A stretch of 64,000 nucleotides of DNA from Lama guanicoe (lineage: Eukaryota). The stretch's first letter is position 1; the number at the start of each line of letters is the position of its first letter. The translations under genes and the position numbers were made by a program. The notes below the pieces were generated by a model, which searched no databases, was not told where the DNA came from, and saw only the letters and a list, made by a program, of their open reading frames with translations. The stretch is taken from NCBI GenBank assembly GCA_013239625.1, contig MU054220.1:3411374-3475373 (forward strand), read 5' to 3'. Positions 26,927-40,440 of the stretch are shown piece after piece.

Positions 26927-29900
26927 TAATTTCCAACAGAGTCAGTTTCCTGGTGGGTTTTTTTTCCCCCTTTCCTTAATATTTTAGACATAAAATGCAG
27001 AAAAATAATTTGATAAACAGTCATGAACTCCTGCCACTTTTTATAAAACTTAACAAATAGAGTTAAAATCCCCTCAGCCCTTTGGTCAGGAGGCCACCAT
27101 CCTGAATTTGGGGTTTCTCACCCCAAGCCTTTCTTTATGTTTTTACTACATAGATATAGAAACTCTGAGCACAATAGAATATTTGATGTGTTTTTAATTT
27201 TAAATTGTATCACACCACTTTTGCTCCACGTTAAATTTTGAGCTTTACCCATGCAGATATATGTATCTAGTTCATTTACTTTTTCTGTTGTTATATTATA
27301 TTCCATTGTATGAATATACCACAGCCCCACTCTCCTGTTGATGTATATTTAGTAATTTCTTTCTTTTTTTTTTTTCTGTTAAAAGAAATGCTGGTGTGAA
27401 TGTTCTGAAGCAAGGCCTCTTGGGGCTTTAACTTCATTCTAAAAAGGAAAATTAGGTAGAAACTAGAGACTTCTCTTTCTCTAACATCCCCCAAAGAAAT
27501 ATTCCCATCACTGAAAGAATCAAGTGCAGTGGCCCAGGTTTCACCTCTGCTCTGGGTAGTGGTGGGTGGGGGCTGGAGGAAGGTACTTCCAGAGTCCTGT
27601 CATCTTAGGCCCTCCTGGTGGCTGCTGCAGCCCTGGCTTCTGGAAGAAGAGGCTTAGGCATTAAGCCTGAGGCAGGGCCTGAATTTTCAGGTTAGTCAGA
27701 AATCAACCAGGTCACAGGGAATTAAAACCAAAGGCTCTTAAAAAGGATAAATGAGCCATAAAGAAAGCCTTCGCTTTCCAGGACTATGCACATTATTCTT
27801 TATTTTATATTGTATACATATTTATGATATTTTAAAGACAGCCAGGATTTTTATATTCATAATAAAATAGCAGAAGCAGGTCTTATCCCACATAGCCAAA
27901 TATTGTGTAGACGATGTTTCAGAGGTAACTCTGAATATGGTCCCCAGAGCCCAAAACTAATATCTGAGAGTCTGGATTTATTTACATGGAAGAGAGAAGA
28001 AGAGTTCATTGATGCTTTATACTGGGCTTCCCACTGAACCACTTTAAATAACAAACTCTGCTCCTGCCTATAAAATGAATCAAGTCTAGAGTATTGCTTT
28101 TAGGAGCTGAGAACTTGCAACCCAGCTGGGCTTTGTCGCTGCCACCTCCATGGTCCTGGGTAAGTCACTTGTCTCTGGGCTTGTTCCCACATCTGTAAAA
28201 TAAATTTAGACAAAATGATCACTCTTCAAGCTTCAACGTTTTGTGATTCGCTAATAGAGGCTTTTCACACGTACCTTTGGCCTCCAGTCTCATGCATAAA
28301 ACAAACCAAATGCAATTCCATATGTACCTGCCCTCCCTGCCCTGGAACCTGGTGTTCTGACAGCCCCTCACCCACCTCCAGACAGTATGTGCAATGTTAC
28401 CTGAGGCTCTGAGTCAGTCTCTTCTCATTTGCTTAATTACTAATGGAGCCGACGGTAATTTTCCACACAAGAGTTTCTATATTTTTAGAACCAATTGGAA
28501 GCACCACCATTTCAAGAGCTCGGAACCCTAGCATCTGTCCTGTCTCCCTCCCTGGGCAGATGCCTGACCAGGACAGAGCAGCGGGATGTGGTTGTGGATG
28601 GCTTTAAGGGGCTGGGCATTTTCTTGGTACCAGCCTTGGAGAACTAACCCCTGCTCCCCTCCCTTGCCTCCTGAAGGTGAGCCGGCACAGATGGCCCCTG
28701 GCGGGGACCTCAGCAGCTTCTCCAAACCAGAGAGGGAGGCAGGCGCCTACCTGGGAGGAGGTGGGAGGAAGCCAGACTTAGGTCTGGAAGCCAGGCGTTG
28801 CCATAGAAACCAGTCTAGTGGTGGCTCCTCCTCAGCCGGGTGTGGTCTCCTCTCAGCACAGCCTTGGCTGGAGCCTGGTTTCCCATCCCAATCTCCCAAG
28901 TCTCTTTCTTGGTGTCTCAGGGCAGCTTGTTGGCAAGTGGGTGATGGCAGAAATGCTATTTCAGAAACTCAAGGATTTAAACCAGGGACAAGCAAGAAGA
29001 AATCTGTTTTTCCAGCGGCAAACCAACCAACCAATCAACCCTCTATGCAGTTCCCTTTCCCTCGTGAGCCAGGTGAGGTGAGCTGCGGAGTAGAAAAAGG
29101 TACCCAGGGGTTCTCTCCAGGCTGAGAAGGAAATGGTGAATCAGGCAGAGGTCTCCAAGCCAGCTGTGGCGTCGGTGTTGGTGGCTCTATATTACAAGTC
29201 ACAGGCAAACCCTCACCTAGGGTAGGCCCAGGAATTCTGGGTTAGAGCAGGGAACCCCAAACGTCATAGCACATGCTTCATCCTGATGTAAGAGGGAACA
29301 ATGACAGTGATAAGAACCCTAGTCACCGTGTTGTAAGTCACTACTCTGTGCTGAGCCCTGAAGACCCACTCAGAGAAGTGATTTGTCCAAGGTCTCACAG
29401 CTTATGAGAGGTAGAGTGGGGGTTTGAATCTGGTACAGCTCTAACCCTAGAGCCAGTCTCTGACTTACAACCAGTGGCCACGGGTCTTTATTGGAAAGGT
29501 AACAGATGCATAGGCAGTAGTTTTGAAATATTACGTGGAACCATGGCCTCTGAGTATCGCCATGCTGAAGGAGCCAGAAAAGCTCTCTTCCCTGGGGGAA
29601 TTGAGAGCACCTGCCTAGATGGGGTGGAGCGTTTATCCAAAGGACAAGAGCAAGCTCGAGTGGAGGAGAGCTCCAGTATCTCAAGGGCAACCTCGAGCTT
29701 TGTAGAGAAGGGGCAGGGTCAAGGCCAGGTGTAAGCAGGGGTCAGGTGCTTGGGCAGCTGAGGAGAAGAGGGAGGGAAGGGAGTGGACTAGACCTCTTCC
29801 TTACCATGTCCTCTAAGCCCTGCTTTGGGGAGACTAAACTCAAGCAAGTGCGTATGGAAGGTCTTTCTTTTCCTTGCTTCCCAGTGATGAATTCATTAGC

Positions 29901-30779
29901 ATGTTCCAGATACGGCTGCAAAGGTGGGTCAAAGCCAATGGCCAGCAATGGGGTGGGGCTGACCCTGATTCACCTGGGCTGGTTAGGCATGGAGAGCTAT
30001 GCCCCTTTGCTCCTTTCTCCCCACTTCCCCTCCCTTGGGAAAACAAGAGAACCAGAACATTCCATGGGGATTGTGGAGTGGCTTTCACGAAGGGAAGCCT
30101 CCAAGTGACAAAGGGGCAGAGAGAGACCAGGCTGGGAGGAGGGTGGCAGGCACTGAGCAGGCTGAGGTTCAGAAAAGGGAAGAGGGAAGGCCCAAGACAG
30201 GTAGCTAGGAGAGGAGGAGGGCTCAGCATACTGGGAGGAAACAGTATCAGCACTTTTCTGTGTCTTTATTGAATGTATGCCCACCTTCTTTCTAAAACAA
30301 TTTGGGTGAAACATTACTTATCACCCACACCGATACCAGTTCCATTAGCAAACCATCAAGGAAGGACCCCTCTCCCCCGGGTATCAGGTCTGCCAGTGGA
30401 GAATCACACAAGGCAGTTGGAGGCAGAATTAGAACCCGTTTATCTGCAATAGCTCTGTGCTTTTCCTCAAAGGGATTTTTGTGGGATAAACGCATGCGGG
30501 GGCAGATAGATTTATTTTAAATGGTTTTGGTTGCACCTCTTTTTGGCCCAATGGGTGGGCGAGACATGTAGGTTACCTGCTGGAAGTGGACGCGAATGGG
30601 GGAAAGTGAGAACTGCAGGAAGGGACTTAGAAGGCTGCCTCCTCCTCCTTCTGACCTGGCCACAGGCAGGCATCTAATCTGACACCCAAGCATGGGACCC
30701 ATTCTGAATCGCCCCCAGCACAGGCTGGGATAGAGGCACGAAGGCAGAGATTCGACCTCGGTGAGTAAATTTAAATGCT

Positions 30780-30785
30780 TTTATT
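30780..30785 (-). terminator. Candidate distal poly(A) signal of long PRDM11 (3' UTR ~30760-37516)
   Basis: AATAAA on - at the end of an AT-rich, UTR-like block; the intervening 6.7 kb contains no repeats that I recognise apart from simple repeats. Confidence 0.6.
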
Positions 30786-33700
30786 AACAATCTTCTTACA
30801 TTACAAGGATAATATGACAAAAGGAAAGTTTCTGCGTACATATTATGATAAACCAACATAGCTCTATTTGTATCCAGTGTTCTAGGTCCCGTCACACAGG
30901 TACTATAAAGCGTAGTCTGCAAAATAATAACATCAAGAGTTTTTTTTTTAAAGAAAGAAAGTATTAACATATTAATATGTATGTGATAATAGACTCCTAG
31001 GTATTTCCCCCCACCCCCACTTTATTTTTCCTTTGTGATTGAAATGAAATGGTTCAGCAGCGTGGGGGTGGAGAGAAGGAGAGAGACGGGGCTGAAAAAA
31101 GACGGAATCAGACTGCTGGCTCTTCCGGAGAGACAAAAGTGAAGACTGATGGGTGCCCCGAGGGCAGCCTGGCCCGTGTCTTTTTGTGAGCAGTTGGAAC
31201 CGGCTGTCCTCCTCTGGACGGAGGGCCCGGCGCCCTTGACGCCCCGTGGTGTGCGCTCTCTCTGAGGTACAGTGCATTGTGGGATTGCAACCGGGGGATG
31301 CCCACCCCCGGCCACGGGTCTGGTCCACCGCAGCGGGAGGCTCCGGCCGGGCCTGGTCTCTCTTGAACCAGGCACTGGAGGGTGTTCGGAGACCCGGTTG
31401 GCAGCTAGCTGTGGCTCGAGGAGACCCAGGCGGACGTGGAGGGGAGAAGAGGTGGGCATTGGCAGAACAGACCCGCCCTGGACGGTTAGGTACGGGGGCT
31501 CTGCTGGAGACTGAGGTAAGTTGGTAAGATGGTAGGGAAGAGCAGGACAGGGTCGGAGGAGGCCCAGAGATGGGAGATAAGCGCCTTTGGCGAGCCAAAA
31601 GGCAGAGGCTGGTCTAGAGAGCAGGGGATGCAGTGGCCCTCTGTCTCCCATCATCTGTAGCCCCTCCTTCCCAACCTCTCCGGGAAAAAAACGACCGCGA
31701 GAAACCTGGAAGTGAACGGGTTTCTGATTCTGTCAGGGCTGCACAAGCCCTTCGTCGTGCTGCCAGTGGCACCAGTGATCCCTCAGGCCCCCAGACATCT
31801 CCGCCATGTAGGGGTGGGAGCAGGGAACAGGCTGAGGAAGGCGCCCTCCCCAGAGGAAGTGGGTGAGCTTGGGGCATCCGGCTCAGCCTCTGCCTCGAGT
31901 CACAGAATCAGAACAGTGTATGTGAACTAAGAAGCCTGCCTATTGCGGTGCCGGTGGGGTGAGGGCTCACTGGGCCTCCGTGCAGGAGAGGGAAGAGCGT
32001 TGTCCTGAGTACAGCCAGCAGCAGCAGCTGTGCAAAGTGGGCGGGGCCAAAGCCCTGCTTCTGAACTTGAGTTGCTACTGAATTTATGAGTGTGCGGATA
32101 CGTCTCTCTCACCCTTCCCCATTAGCTGATGCCCCCTGCTCTGCCCAGAAAGCCTCTGGATGGTGGGCAGCGCCGGCTGGCGATGCTGTCCTGGCAGACG
32201 GTGATTGAGTGAGCCAGGGAGGCCAGGACGGCTGTACTTCAAGGTTTGGCCTCTAGGGGGCAGCAAAAGCATCTAAAGGGGTTGGGGGCTGCATCTTTCC
32301 TGGACCTTTCTGGGTCCAATTTGCACCTTTCCTATTGCCACCAACGCTGCTCATTCCTGTGCTGGGAGGGTATTTGGGGAAATTGTGCAGTGGTCCCTCC
32401 ACCAAGGGTCAGGGACCACATCCGACTGCCAAGCAGCAGTGACCACCCAAGCGCAGGCTCGCAGGGGGATGAAAGGGGCACTTCAGCTGGAGCTCAAGGG
32501 GTGAATATCTCCTTCCAAACTCAGACCAAGTCTGTGGGAAAGGAGAGAAAGTGCACGGAGAGGGCCAGGACCTGGCTACTCTCTTCTCCAACACTGCAGG
32601 TAGGAGGCCCCGTTCCCAGCAAACCCTGCCTGCTCAGCTCCCCATCGGCTCCCCTGCAAAGGCTCTGCCTCCTCCCTCTTCTCACAACACAGCGACAGGC
32701 TTTCCTGCTGCTCTCCCAGCTCTCTATAGACTATTTTTATATCTATTTAAAACATAGAAATGTATAAATATATAGGATATTATTTATAGATATATAGACG
32801 TGATTTAATCTCTTACTCTGTGTGTATACGTACTGCATATGTCCATATATACAATATATATGCTGTAGCATTTGTATTATACACTGCACATACCCCTGCT
32901 TCCATGCACTCTCCTAGGGAGACTGGATTGCATAGGTATTTCCAGGGCGATACCACTTGAAGGGGTGGGGGATTGGGGAGAGCCAGATGGAAGAGGAGGG
33001 CCGTACCATTTTCCTCCCAAAAGGGCACTTTTTCTTCCTCTGGCTAACACACAAAGATCACCTCAAAGGCTTCTTAAAATATCACAGCTCCATCCACTTA
33101 GCTAAAGCACCCTGTCAACAGAGAGCAGAGAGAGGCCTCCCCCAAGCAGGAGAAGGGCCCTGTGTATCTCTTGACATATAATCTTCCCTCCTCAGGATTG
33201 GGGGAGAAAGCCAGCCTAGAACCCGGGGCCCAGCACCGCCTCTCCCAGGAGGCTGGTGTCTGGAATGGGACTGTCCCAAGCTCACCTGCCCTCCGAACAA
33301 GCCTTTCTCGTCTAAGGAGGCCTGGCTTCCCCGCTTTGGCTGTCCCAGGCTGGCCTGGCTGGGCCTGCTGCTTGAAGGGGCAAGGGGGGTGTCAGGTCCA
33401 GAGCCTCCTGCCCAAATTGGGTGTAGGCACCAAGAAAAAGCACAAATCCTACTTGGAAATCCGCCCGGACCAGAAGCCAAAAGCAGATCTAGAGACAGAA
33501 TCCCTGCTCCTACAGGGTGTGGGAGAGTAAAGCAAAGGGGAGGGGGAAATCTAGAAAAGAAGTTGTATTTCAACTCCCAAGCCACTTCCTGGACCCCTGA
33601 GGCTCCAGGTGACCAGCTAAAACGGTGCCCGCCCCTCCAGCCCAGACTGGGCCAAGCCTGTAATCCATCCCAGTCTTTCCACCATTATTTTCAGCATTCT

Positions 33701-36185
33701 ACATGCTTTTACCTGTTTCCTCCTTCTTGGTATCTCTTCTAAACAATGAGAAAATATTAAACATCACCTTAAATAATGATAAGGTCCTTCCTCCAAATGA
33801 AAGGGTCAACATAAGCAAGTCAAAAAGAGGGGGCTCAGCAAGACAACTCAACTTGGAAACATGAAGCAGGGGCCCCAGCTGCCCTCGATTCAGGGCCCAG
33901 CACTGAACGCGGCCATCCAGGGGTCCTGGAGGTCGAGCCTGCTCTCATCCTCAAGTGAGAATGAGGAAACGAGGGTCTACCCAGAGCTATAGGATGTCGC
34001 CCATAGCCAGCCAAAAAAAAAAAAAGAGAGAGAAAAGCTGGTGTTGTGGATGCCTGGACTCTCACATTCAACCAGGCAGGCAAAACTTGGGGATTCAGAC
34101 ATAGCAGGAGTGCAGCCAGGGCTGGGCTGTCCTTAGGTTTCACAGACACAAGATGGCAATGAGCCTTTTTTCCCTCCATTGAGGAAAAGAAGACCATTTG
34201 AACCACAAGGGCTTCTGGCTCCCAAGCTCCACGATGTATCTGCTTGGCGCGGTTAGCCACAACCTGATCTCACTTCCCACCTGCTCCAGGAACCGAAGAA
34301 AGTCACTTATCAGACAAGCTAGTGAGGACGAGTCTCAATGCCAGAGACACAACCTTTCATTCTAAGCCACTGGCAATCCTAAGCCGGGGGTTGAATTTAA
34401 AGACTGTCTCATCCAAAGAGACCACATTTGGGATGCAAGGGCCCCCTGACCACAGCTTTTTAAACCTGCCCAAGGGAGGTTAGACTACCCAAGCATGTGC
34501 TTCCCTGGGCTAGACCCTGAGGGTCCCCTCAACCCAAGTGACCTTCTCAAGGAGGCAGAGGAGTGGATACGCCTGGAAGGGAAATCATGGGTAATTGCGT
34601 GCAGCATTCACAGGATAGACGCACTGGAGCCTCTGGGGAATAAAGACTCTGTGTAAATTGCAGTGGTGTGTCACCCAAATTGCTCCCTGTCCCAAGGCAA
34701 AGTGGCCTTCAGAGTGACATGAGCGCTGGGAGTTAGAGCCACATCCCCAGACTTCAGGACCCTCCAGAGAGCTCTTCCTCTCCAAGGACTGGAGTCTGGC
34801 TGGGCGGGGGACAGGCTGCTTCTGGCCCAGAGGCAGGTGGCCAGCTCCCAGCTCTTTCTCTGGAAAGACAGGGTAGACACTGGCATTGGCCCAAAGGATA
34901 TTTTTTCCCCTCTGGATAAAAATTTGAGTTAATTTTAGCCATGGCCTCCTGAGAGGAAACAGTCGCAGCCCTGACAAGGTATCAGGCAGACATCAGTGAT
35001 TCTCTCCTGGTTTTCTAACGAGTGGTCCAGGGGATCTCCTGATCTCCTGACATACGGGGTGGGGAGGAACAGAGGCGAGCAGGAGAAGGCGTAAGGCAAC
35101 TGTCGGCTAGAAGAAAGGACCCCGATCTACTGTTTCTGGCCCACCTTGCCAGCCATCTCTGCCCTCAACCCATCTTAGCCTGTGCGATGTTCAAAGAAAG
35201 CTCCTGCAGACATGGTAGCTTGCGTGTGTGGTAGAGAGGGTTGGGGAGGGAAAGGTGGACCCTTGTGCTTTGCACTTGACCACAGTTACTGACCCTGATG
35301 GGAGGAGAAGTGGGAGAGATGACATTGGCTTAAAGGTGAGAAGTGGATGAGGCTGGGCATTTCAAAGCGTGAGAAAGGGCACCGGGCCTTTCCTTGCCGG
35401 TTCCTGCTAACTCTCTCCTTGTTCAGAGGAGGGTGTGACCAGGGAAGGGGGTGGGGTGGGGTGAATGTCACCAGGCAGGGGTGCATTGATTTGTTGAAGA
35501 AGGCAGCATATGAAGCCTGGCAGTGGGACAGTCAGAGAAAACCAGTTGGTTTTTTGTTTTTGTTTTTTAACATGCTACATCACTGTTGAAAACAAACAAA
35601 GTTTCAAAAATAATATATAATATATATAATATATTTATATAATGAAAAGCTATTGACTAGAGGCAAGGATTCTAAAGAGGGGGTGAAGATCTGACGGGAC
35701 AAGGAAGGGGGGGTGACATGTTCAGTGTTGATGACAGTTCCACTATGGTTCTCAATGGTGGCATGAGACCTCAGAGACAAGATAAACCAAGAAGGAAGGA
35801 AGCCACCACAGTTTTGTAATGTCTGAGCTGAGTAGGTTGGGATGCTGGGGCCGCACCTGTGGCCAGATCACACCATCTTTGCCCACCCTCTGCCAGCTGA
35901 GAGGGGTGGCTCCCGGCAGACCACAGGCAAGGCAGATCTTCCTCCCTCCCCCCAGTACGACCTGCACCCACAATTTAGGATCTCTGCATATCACATATGC
36001 ATACATCAGATGTGGAAACATGAACAGACGTTTTTAACAGCTCACGCACATTTTTTTTAAAACTCCCTTGCGAGGTATACTGGTAATGAAATGAAAAAAG
36101 AGCATTGATCAAGACTCCTCTAGCTTAAACCACGACTTGCCTCAGGGAGTAGGCAAGTGGCTATTTCTAAAGCTTATATCGCGGT

Positions 36186-36211
36186 TGTGTGTGTGTGTGT
36201 GTGTGTGTGTG
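36186..36211. repeat. (TG)13 microsatellite in the PRDM11 3' UTR
   Basis: Directly visible. Confidence 0.95.
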
Positions 36212-37400
36212 TAGGCTGATGCCTTGAGAGTCCTGTCCTACCTCTTGTTTACTCCTTTCCTTTAGGACATCTCTACCCTGTTCAAAAAAGGAAGTGTTCA
36301 CAGGCATAGATTCCTTACCCACTTTCCCACTACCTTCCTGCCAGGCTTCAGGGCTTGTCATCAGCCTGGTTGCAGAAGAAGGACTCAATCTCTAGAGACT
36401 CTCATTGGAGTTACACGTAACCCAGGGCACAACTTGCATTGACATCTCCTGCCACTGAACTCTAGCAGGCATTTCTTGATTATTAAAGGAAAAAAAATAA
36501 CCCCAACATATATGATTATAAAGACAGAGTATAAATAATTCATGTAAGTTGAATACATACTTTTCATTTTACTTGTTTTAAGCCAAAAATCACTGCCCTA
36601 CTGGGGTCTGGACTTTTTGGCTCTTCACTCCACCCTCCCTCCCCACCCTAGCCCTGGATCTGAATGGAATTATATTATGTTATCCCACACCAGGTAAAAA
36701 ACAGGAATGCAAAGAGCTCGAGCCCTCGCCCTTCCCCAGGATTTCAAGCTCGGTTGTAAGGCAATTTTGCCTTCACTATAGCAAGTAAGATGTTTGGGAT
36801 CCAGGGGGCTGGAAGGAGGGACTCAAAGCCCAAGGACGGGAGAGACACCAGAGGTGGGGAGTGGCAGGTGTCACAGTCTGACCGACACTTTTGTTTCTTT
36901 CTGGGACAACGAAGGAACGCTCGTCAGGAAATGAACAAAAACCTCTCAAGCTGAAGTCGGGTGGGTGAGGGGAGAAGTCAAATACCCCAATCCAGCTACC
37001 CAGCCCACCCTATCCAAAATCAGAGATCTGATTCAGCTGGACCTGCACGTCCATGAAGAGGCCAAGAACCCCCCTTCGTAAAACCCAACAAGGAAGTAAA
37101 AGGCAAGAACATACACCCAAACCCAAACCCCGCAACCCCCAAACAAGAACATAAACAACACGAGCTACCTAAAGGTGATGACAGACCCGTCATTTTAGCT
37201 TATGCGTTGGTTGACTGTGAGGTGGGAACACGTGTGGCCCCAGCACATGCTTCTGTGAGTGAAGATGAGTTTCCACATGTGTCGCAGCTGCCAAATGTTG
37301 TAGACTAGAGTCAATTGCCGACATTATTCCTTTCTGAAAGCTCCCAGTAGCTTCTGGTGGACGTGTCACCTTGGTTTTTAAAATTTTTCAGTGTGGGTTT

Positions 37401-37451
37401 ATTTATATATATATATATATATATAATATAATATATATTTATATAATATAT
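37401..37451. repeat. (TA)n / AT-only run ~70 nt after the PRDM11 stop
   Basis: Directly visible. Confidence 0.9.
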
Positions 37452-37516
37452 CAAAGCTTATGAGTATAGATTAAAAAAATATTCAACAGCTTAGTGAACT
37501 CTGCAACGCCGGCTCC

Positions 37517-39681
37517 CTAAATATCCGGATAAAACTCTGACCCGTGGTCCGCGGTCTGCAGCACCGGCTTCTGTTCCAGCGCAGACATCCTGCTTAGGAC
37601 CTCGGCGGACAGTGTGTAACTGTTGCCGGACTTCTCCTCGAACCAGCTGTCCAGGGCTCGCTTGGCATCAAAGTTGGCGATCGGAGGGCCGTTGACAGCG
37701 ATGGTCAACAGGTCACTGAGCTGCTCCAGAGTCAGGCGAGAGCGGTGGTTTTTGCGAACTCGCTGCAGAGCGTTGCGGCCTTTCTCGCAGCAGGCAGTGG
37801 ACGTGGGGAGGACTTTGAGGACCTGGACGATCTTGTTCAAGAGCGGAAACCTCTGCTTGTACTTGCAAATGTGGCCGATCAGGTCTTTGAAGCCATTTTT
37901 GGTATAGTAATCAGCCTTGAGTTCTCGCCACTCCATCAGCAGACTCCCCCGGGGGTCCAGCCCTTCCCTACAGACATCCCGGGAGAAGGTGGGGATGGTC
38001 TCCAGGTGATCAAATATCTGAACCATGTCCTCCTTGCCGTAGCTCACGAGTTCCTCGCTGTTCCTGGGCCAGGCGGCCAGGTCGAACACCTGGCAGGCCT
38101 TCACGAAGAGCCGGCTGCGGGAGTCGAACCTCTGAGCTAGGATCACTTGGGTCTTCTGGCAGATCTTCTCCCGGATGGACTGGAACTTGGCTTCGGCCAC
38201 CCTGAGGTTCTTCATCGCGATGCCATTGAAGCTCTCTCGGAAGTTCTCCTCGAACTCCTGCAGGTACTCCCCGGGGGAGTCGGCCAGCCGGCTGATCTCC
38301 TGGATGGCCTCCTCGATCTTGTCGTCCACCTGGGACACCAGGAGGTACTCACCTTGGAAGACGTAGGCCAGGCGTGAGAGCACGGCGATGACGTCCAGGA
38401 GAAAGTAGATGAGCTTGATGGACTGGTAGTCCATGAGGAACTGCAGCAGGGCCAGCGCGATGGCCGAGGCGTCCGCCCTCTGGGTCTGGCTGCTGATGTC
38501 CTTGAGGTGGGCCACCACCTCCAGGTAGTCCTTGATGAGGGCATTGAGGACGTTCTGCTCTCCGATGATCCACCGCACAGCCCGGATGTCCCCCAGGAAC
38601 TCCGTCTCCTCGCAGAGGGTGGAGGCCGTGGACCGCAGCTCACACATGAGGCGCGGCGAGTAACGGTAGAAACTCAGCAGCTGCTTCAGGTTGTTCTCCA
38701 GCTCCTCCAGGCAGGGGAGCTCCTTCCCACTGATGGCATCCAGGATCTCCAGGTGGGGCCGGTGCACCATGAAGGGCAGGCACAGCAGCCAAGGCAGCGT
38801 CTTGCGGATCGTCATGAACATGCTGGCACGCAGGCTGGCTGTGACGTTGGCCCCGTCTATGCCCAAGCCGACGGTGGGCTTCTCATCCTGTAGCCGGATG
38901 CCCAAGGTGGAAAAGGCCCGGTCCAGCGCCTGGAGATAGCTCTCTGTGCTGGAGAACCCCAGTTCCTGCAGGGACAGGAACTCCGTGGCTGGGGGCCCGT
39001 CGCTGCTGGTGTATTGGACATAGACGGCCACCGTGTCGGCCAGCAGGTCGTCGCTCTGCCCGTCCAAGATGATACTGAGGCAAGGCGACTGGCGGATGCG
39101 CTCCACCAGGTCTTCACGCAGCGCCCGGGCGATGTGATGGATGAGGATCTGGCAGTCTCCCTCGTTCATGTACTGGTCCACCACCTTGAGCTCGCACTTC
39201 CTCAGCAGCTCGGCCAGGGGCCGGAAGTCCAGGTAGGGCCTACCCTCCAGGGCCAGGTGGTAGGCGGTGTTGAAGAGCAGGGTCATGTTGCGACACATCT
39301 CCTCCGTCTTCTCGGGGTGCATGCGGAGCTTGTACAGCTGTAGACACTTCTTGTGCAGGTTGCTCTGGCTGTGAAGCTTGATGGTGTGGATCTTGAACTG
39401 CTTGGAGCCGATGATGAAGGCCGAGGTGCGGGAGGACTGCACCGTGTACTGGCGGCAGACGTGGCACCACATCTCGTTGAGGGTCGGGGAGTACCGCAGG
39501 AACCAGAACTTCTTCAGCCACTCCTGCTTGAAGCGCCGGATTCGGCGCCCGGTGGCCGATGACATCTTGGAGGGCTCATCCGTGGCGGTCATCATATCAT
39601 TGGAGACGGATTCGTCTGCCGAATCAACCTCCTGGTCATCGTCCTCCATGATGGCGGGGCCAGACACCATGCTTTCTGAGG
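37517..39681 (-). CDS. PRDM11: PRDM11 terminal exon: domesticated hAT transposase (TTF-type zinc finger, RNase H-like DDE core, hATC dimerisation domain; ZNF862-like)
   Basis: ttccag acceptor, G+CC gives Ala in frame; 720 open codons to TAG. Motifs: FKQEWLKKFWFL..MWCHVCRQ..H..S..H, SIILDGQSD, GLGIDGANV, VRW, LPTSTACCEKG...RSRLT.EQLSDLLTI. Confidence 0.93.
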
Positions 39682-40434
39682 CTGGAAGACAAATGGGAAA
39701 GAAACGTTTATACCTGGTGGGAAAAAAAGTAAATGTTTCCAAAATGAAGGAAATAGTGCCCAAAAGGTAAGCGTTGCATTCTGTGACATAGAAGCCAACG
39801 TGTGCCTTATCCTCTTTGGGGATTAGCCATGGTGGCCACCATGCTCTGGGATGCTTGCCCTCACACTCCACTAGTGGGCGCTCAAGGAACTTAAATGTTC
39901 TGTATCAGCTGAAACAGCACAACTAGGAGAGCAGAGCTGATGGAGGAACTTAGCACATCAAACATTCCATAGTCATACAGTGAGGAGGTGGGACTCATCC
40001 CACCACTAATGTGGTTAGGGGAGGCGTGCTGCCCTCCAATGAAGGTAGCTTGAGCCCCAAGTGATTTCGGGACCAGAATGCATTTCAGTTAAGACATGTG
40101 CTTTGAATACCTAAACACCTCACTGGAGCTAAGGGATGCAGGTAAAATTGGAAGTGTGCTATGTAAATCTCTGCCTCAGCTGCAGCTGTGTACTGCGAAG
40201 CCGTCCTCGTGGTTGACTGACTCTAAAAGATCCAGGCAGCCAACAGAAAAGGACAAAGGCAGCTAAATGCCCTGTATCCCCATCGGGAAGGCTGGGGGCT
40301 TTCCCCCAGGGAACACCCTACTTGGGACTGCAAGAGAGAAAGATTGGGTTTAGGAGCTGGGCTTTGGGGGAAGACATGGGAGAAAGGCAACGGGTCAAGA
40401 ACACAGCACACACCCCTCCTGCAGCGGAACTTCC

Positions 40435-40440
40435 TTTATT
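40435..40440 (-). terminator. Candidate intronic poly(A) signal for the short (read-through) PRDM11 isoform
   Basis: AATAAA on - about 150 nt after the read-through stop at 40586. Confidence 0.45.

Noticed and set aside
30972..31654. Two overlapping ~210-aa minus-strand ORFs
   Set aside because: No domain motifs; non-ATG or weak starts; expected by chance in GC-rich UTR sequence.
37517..39681. Active autonomous hAT transposon
   Set aside because: No TIRs or TSD seen, in-frame splice to host exons, and altered CxxH and ERxFS motifs indicate domestication.
37623..39770. Several plus-strand ORFs opposite the transposase exon
   Set aside because: Antisense shadows of a coding exon with high GC at third positions.
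39682..39871. N-terminal 63 aa of the 784-aa ORF
   Set aside because: Starts at GTG, lies upstream of a clear acceptor at 39682/39681 and translates a pyrimidine tract; intronic open frame.
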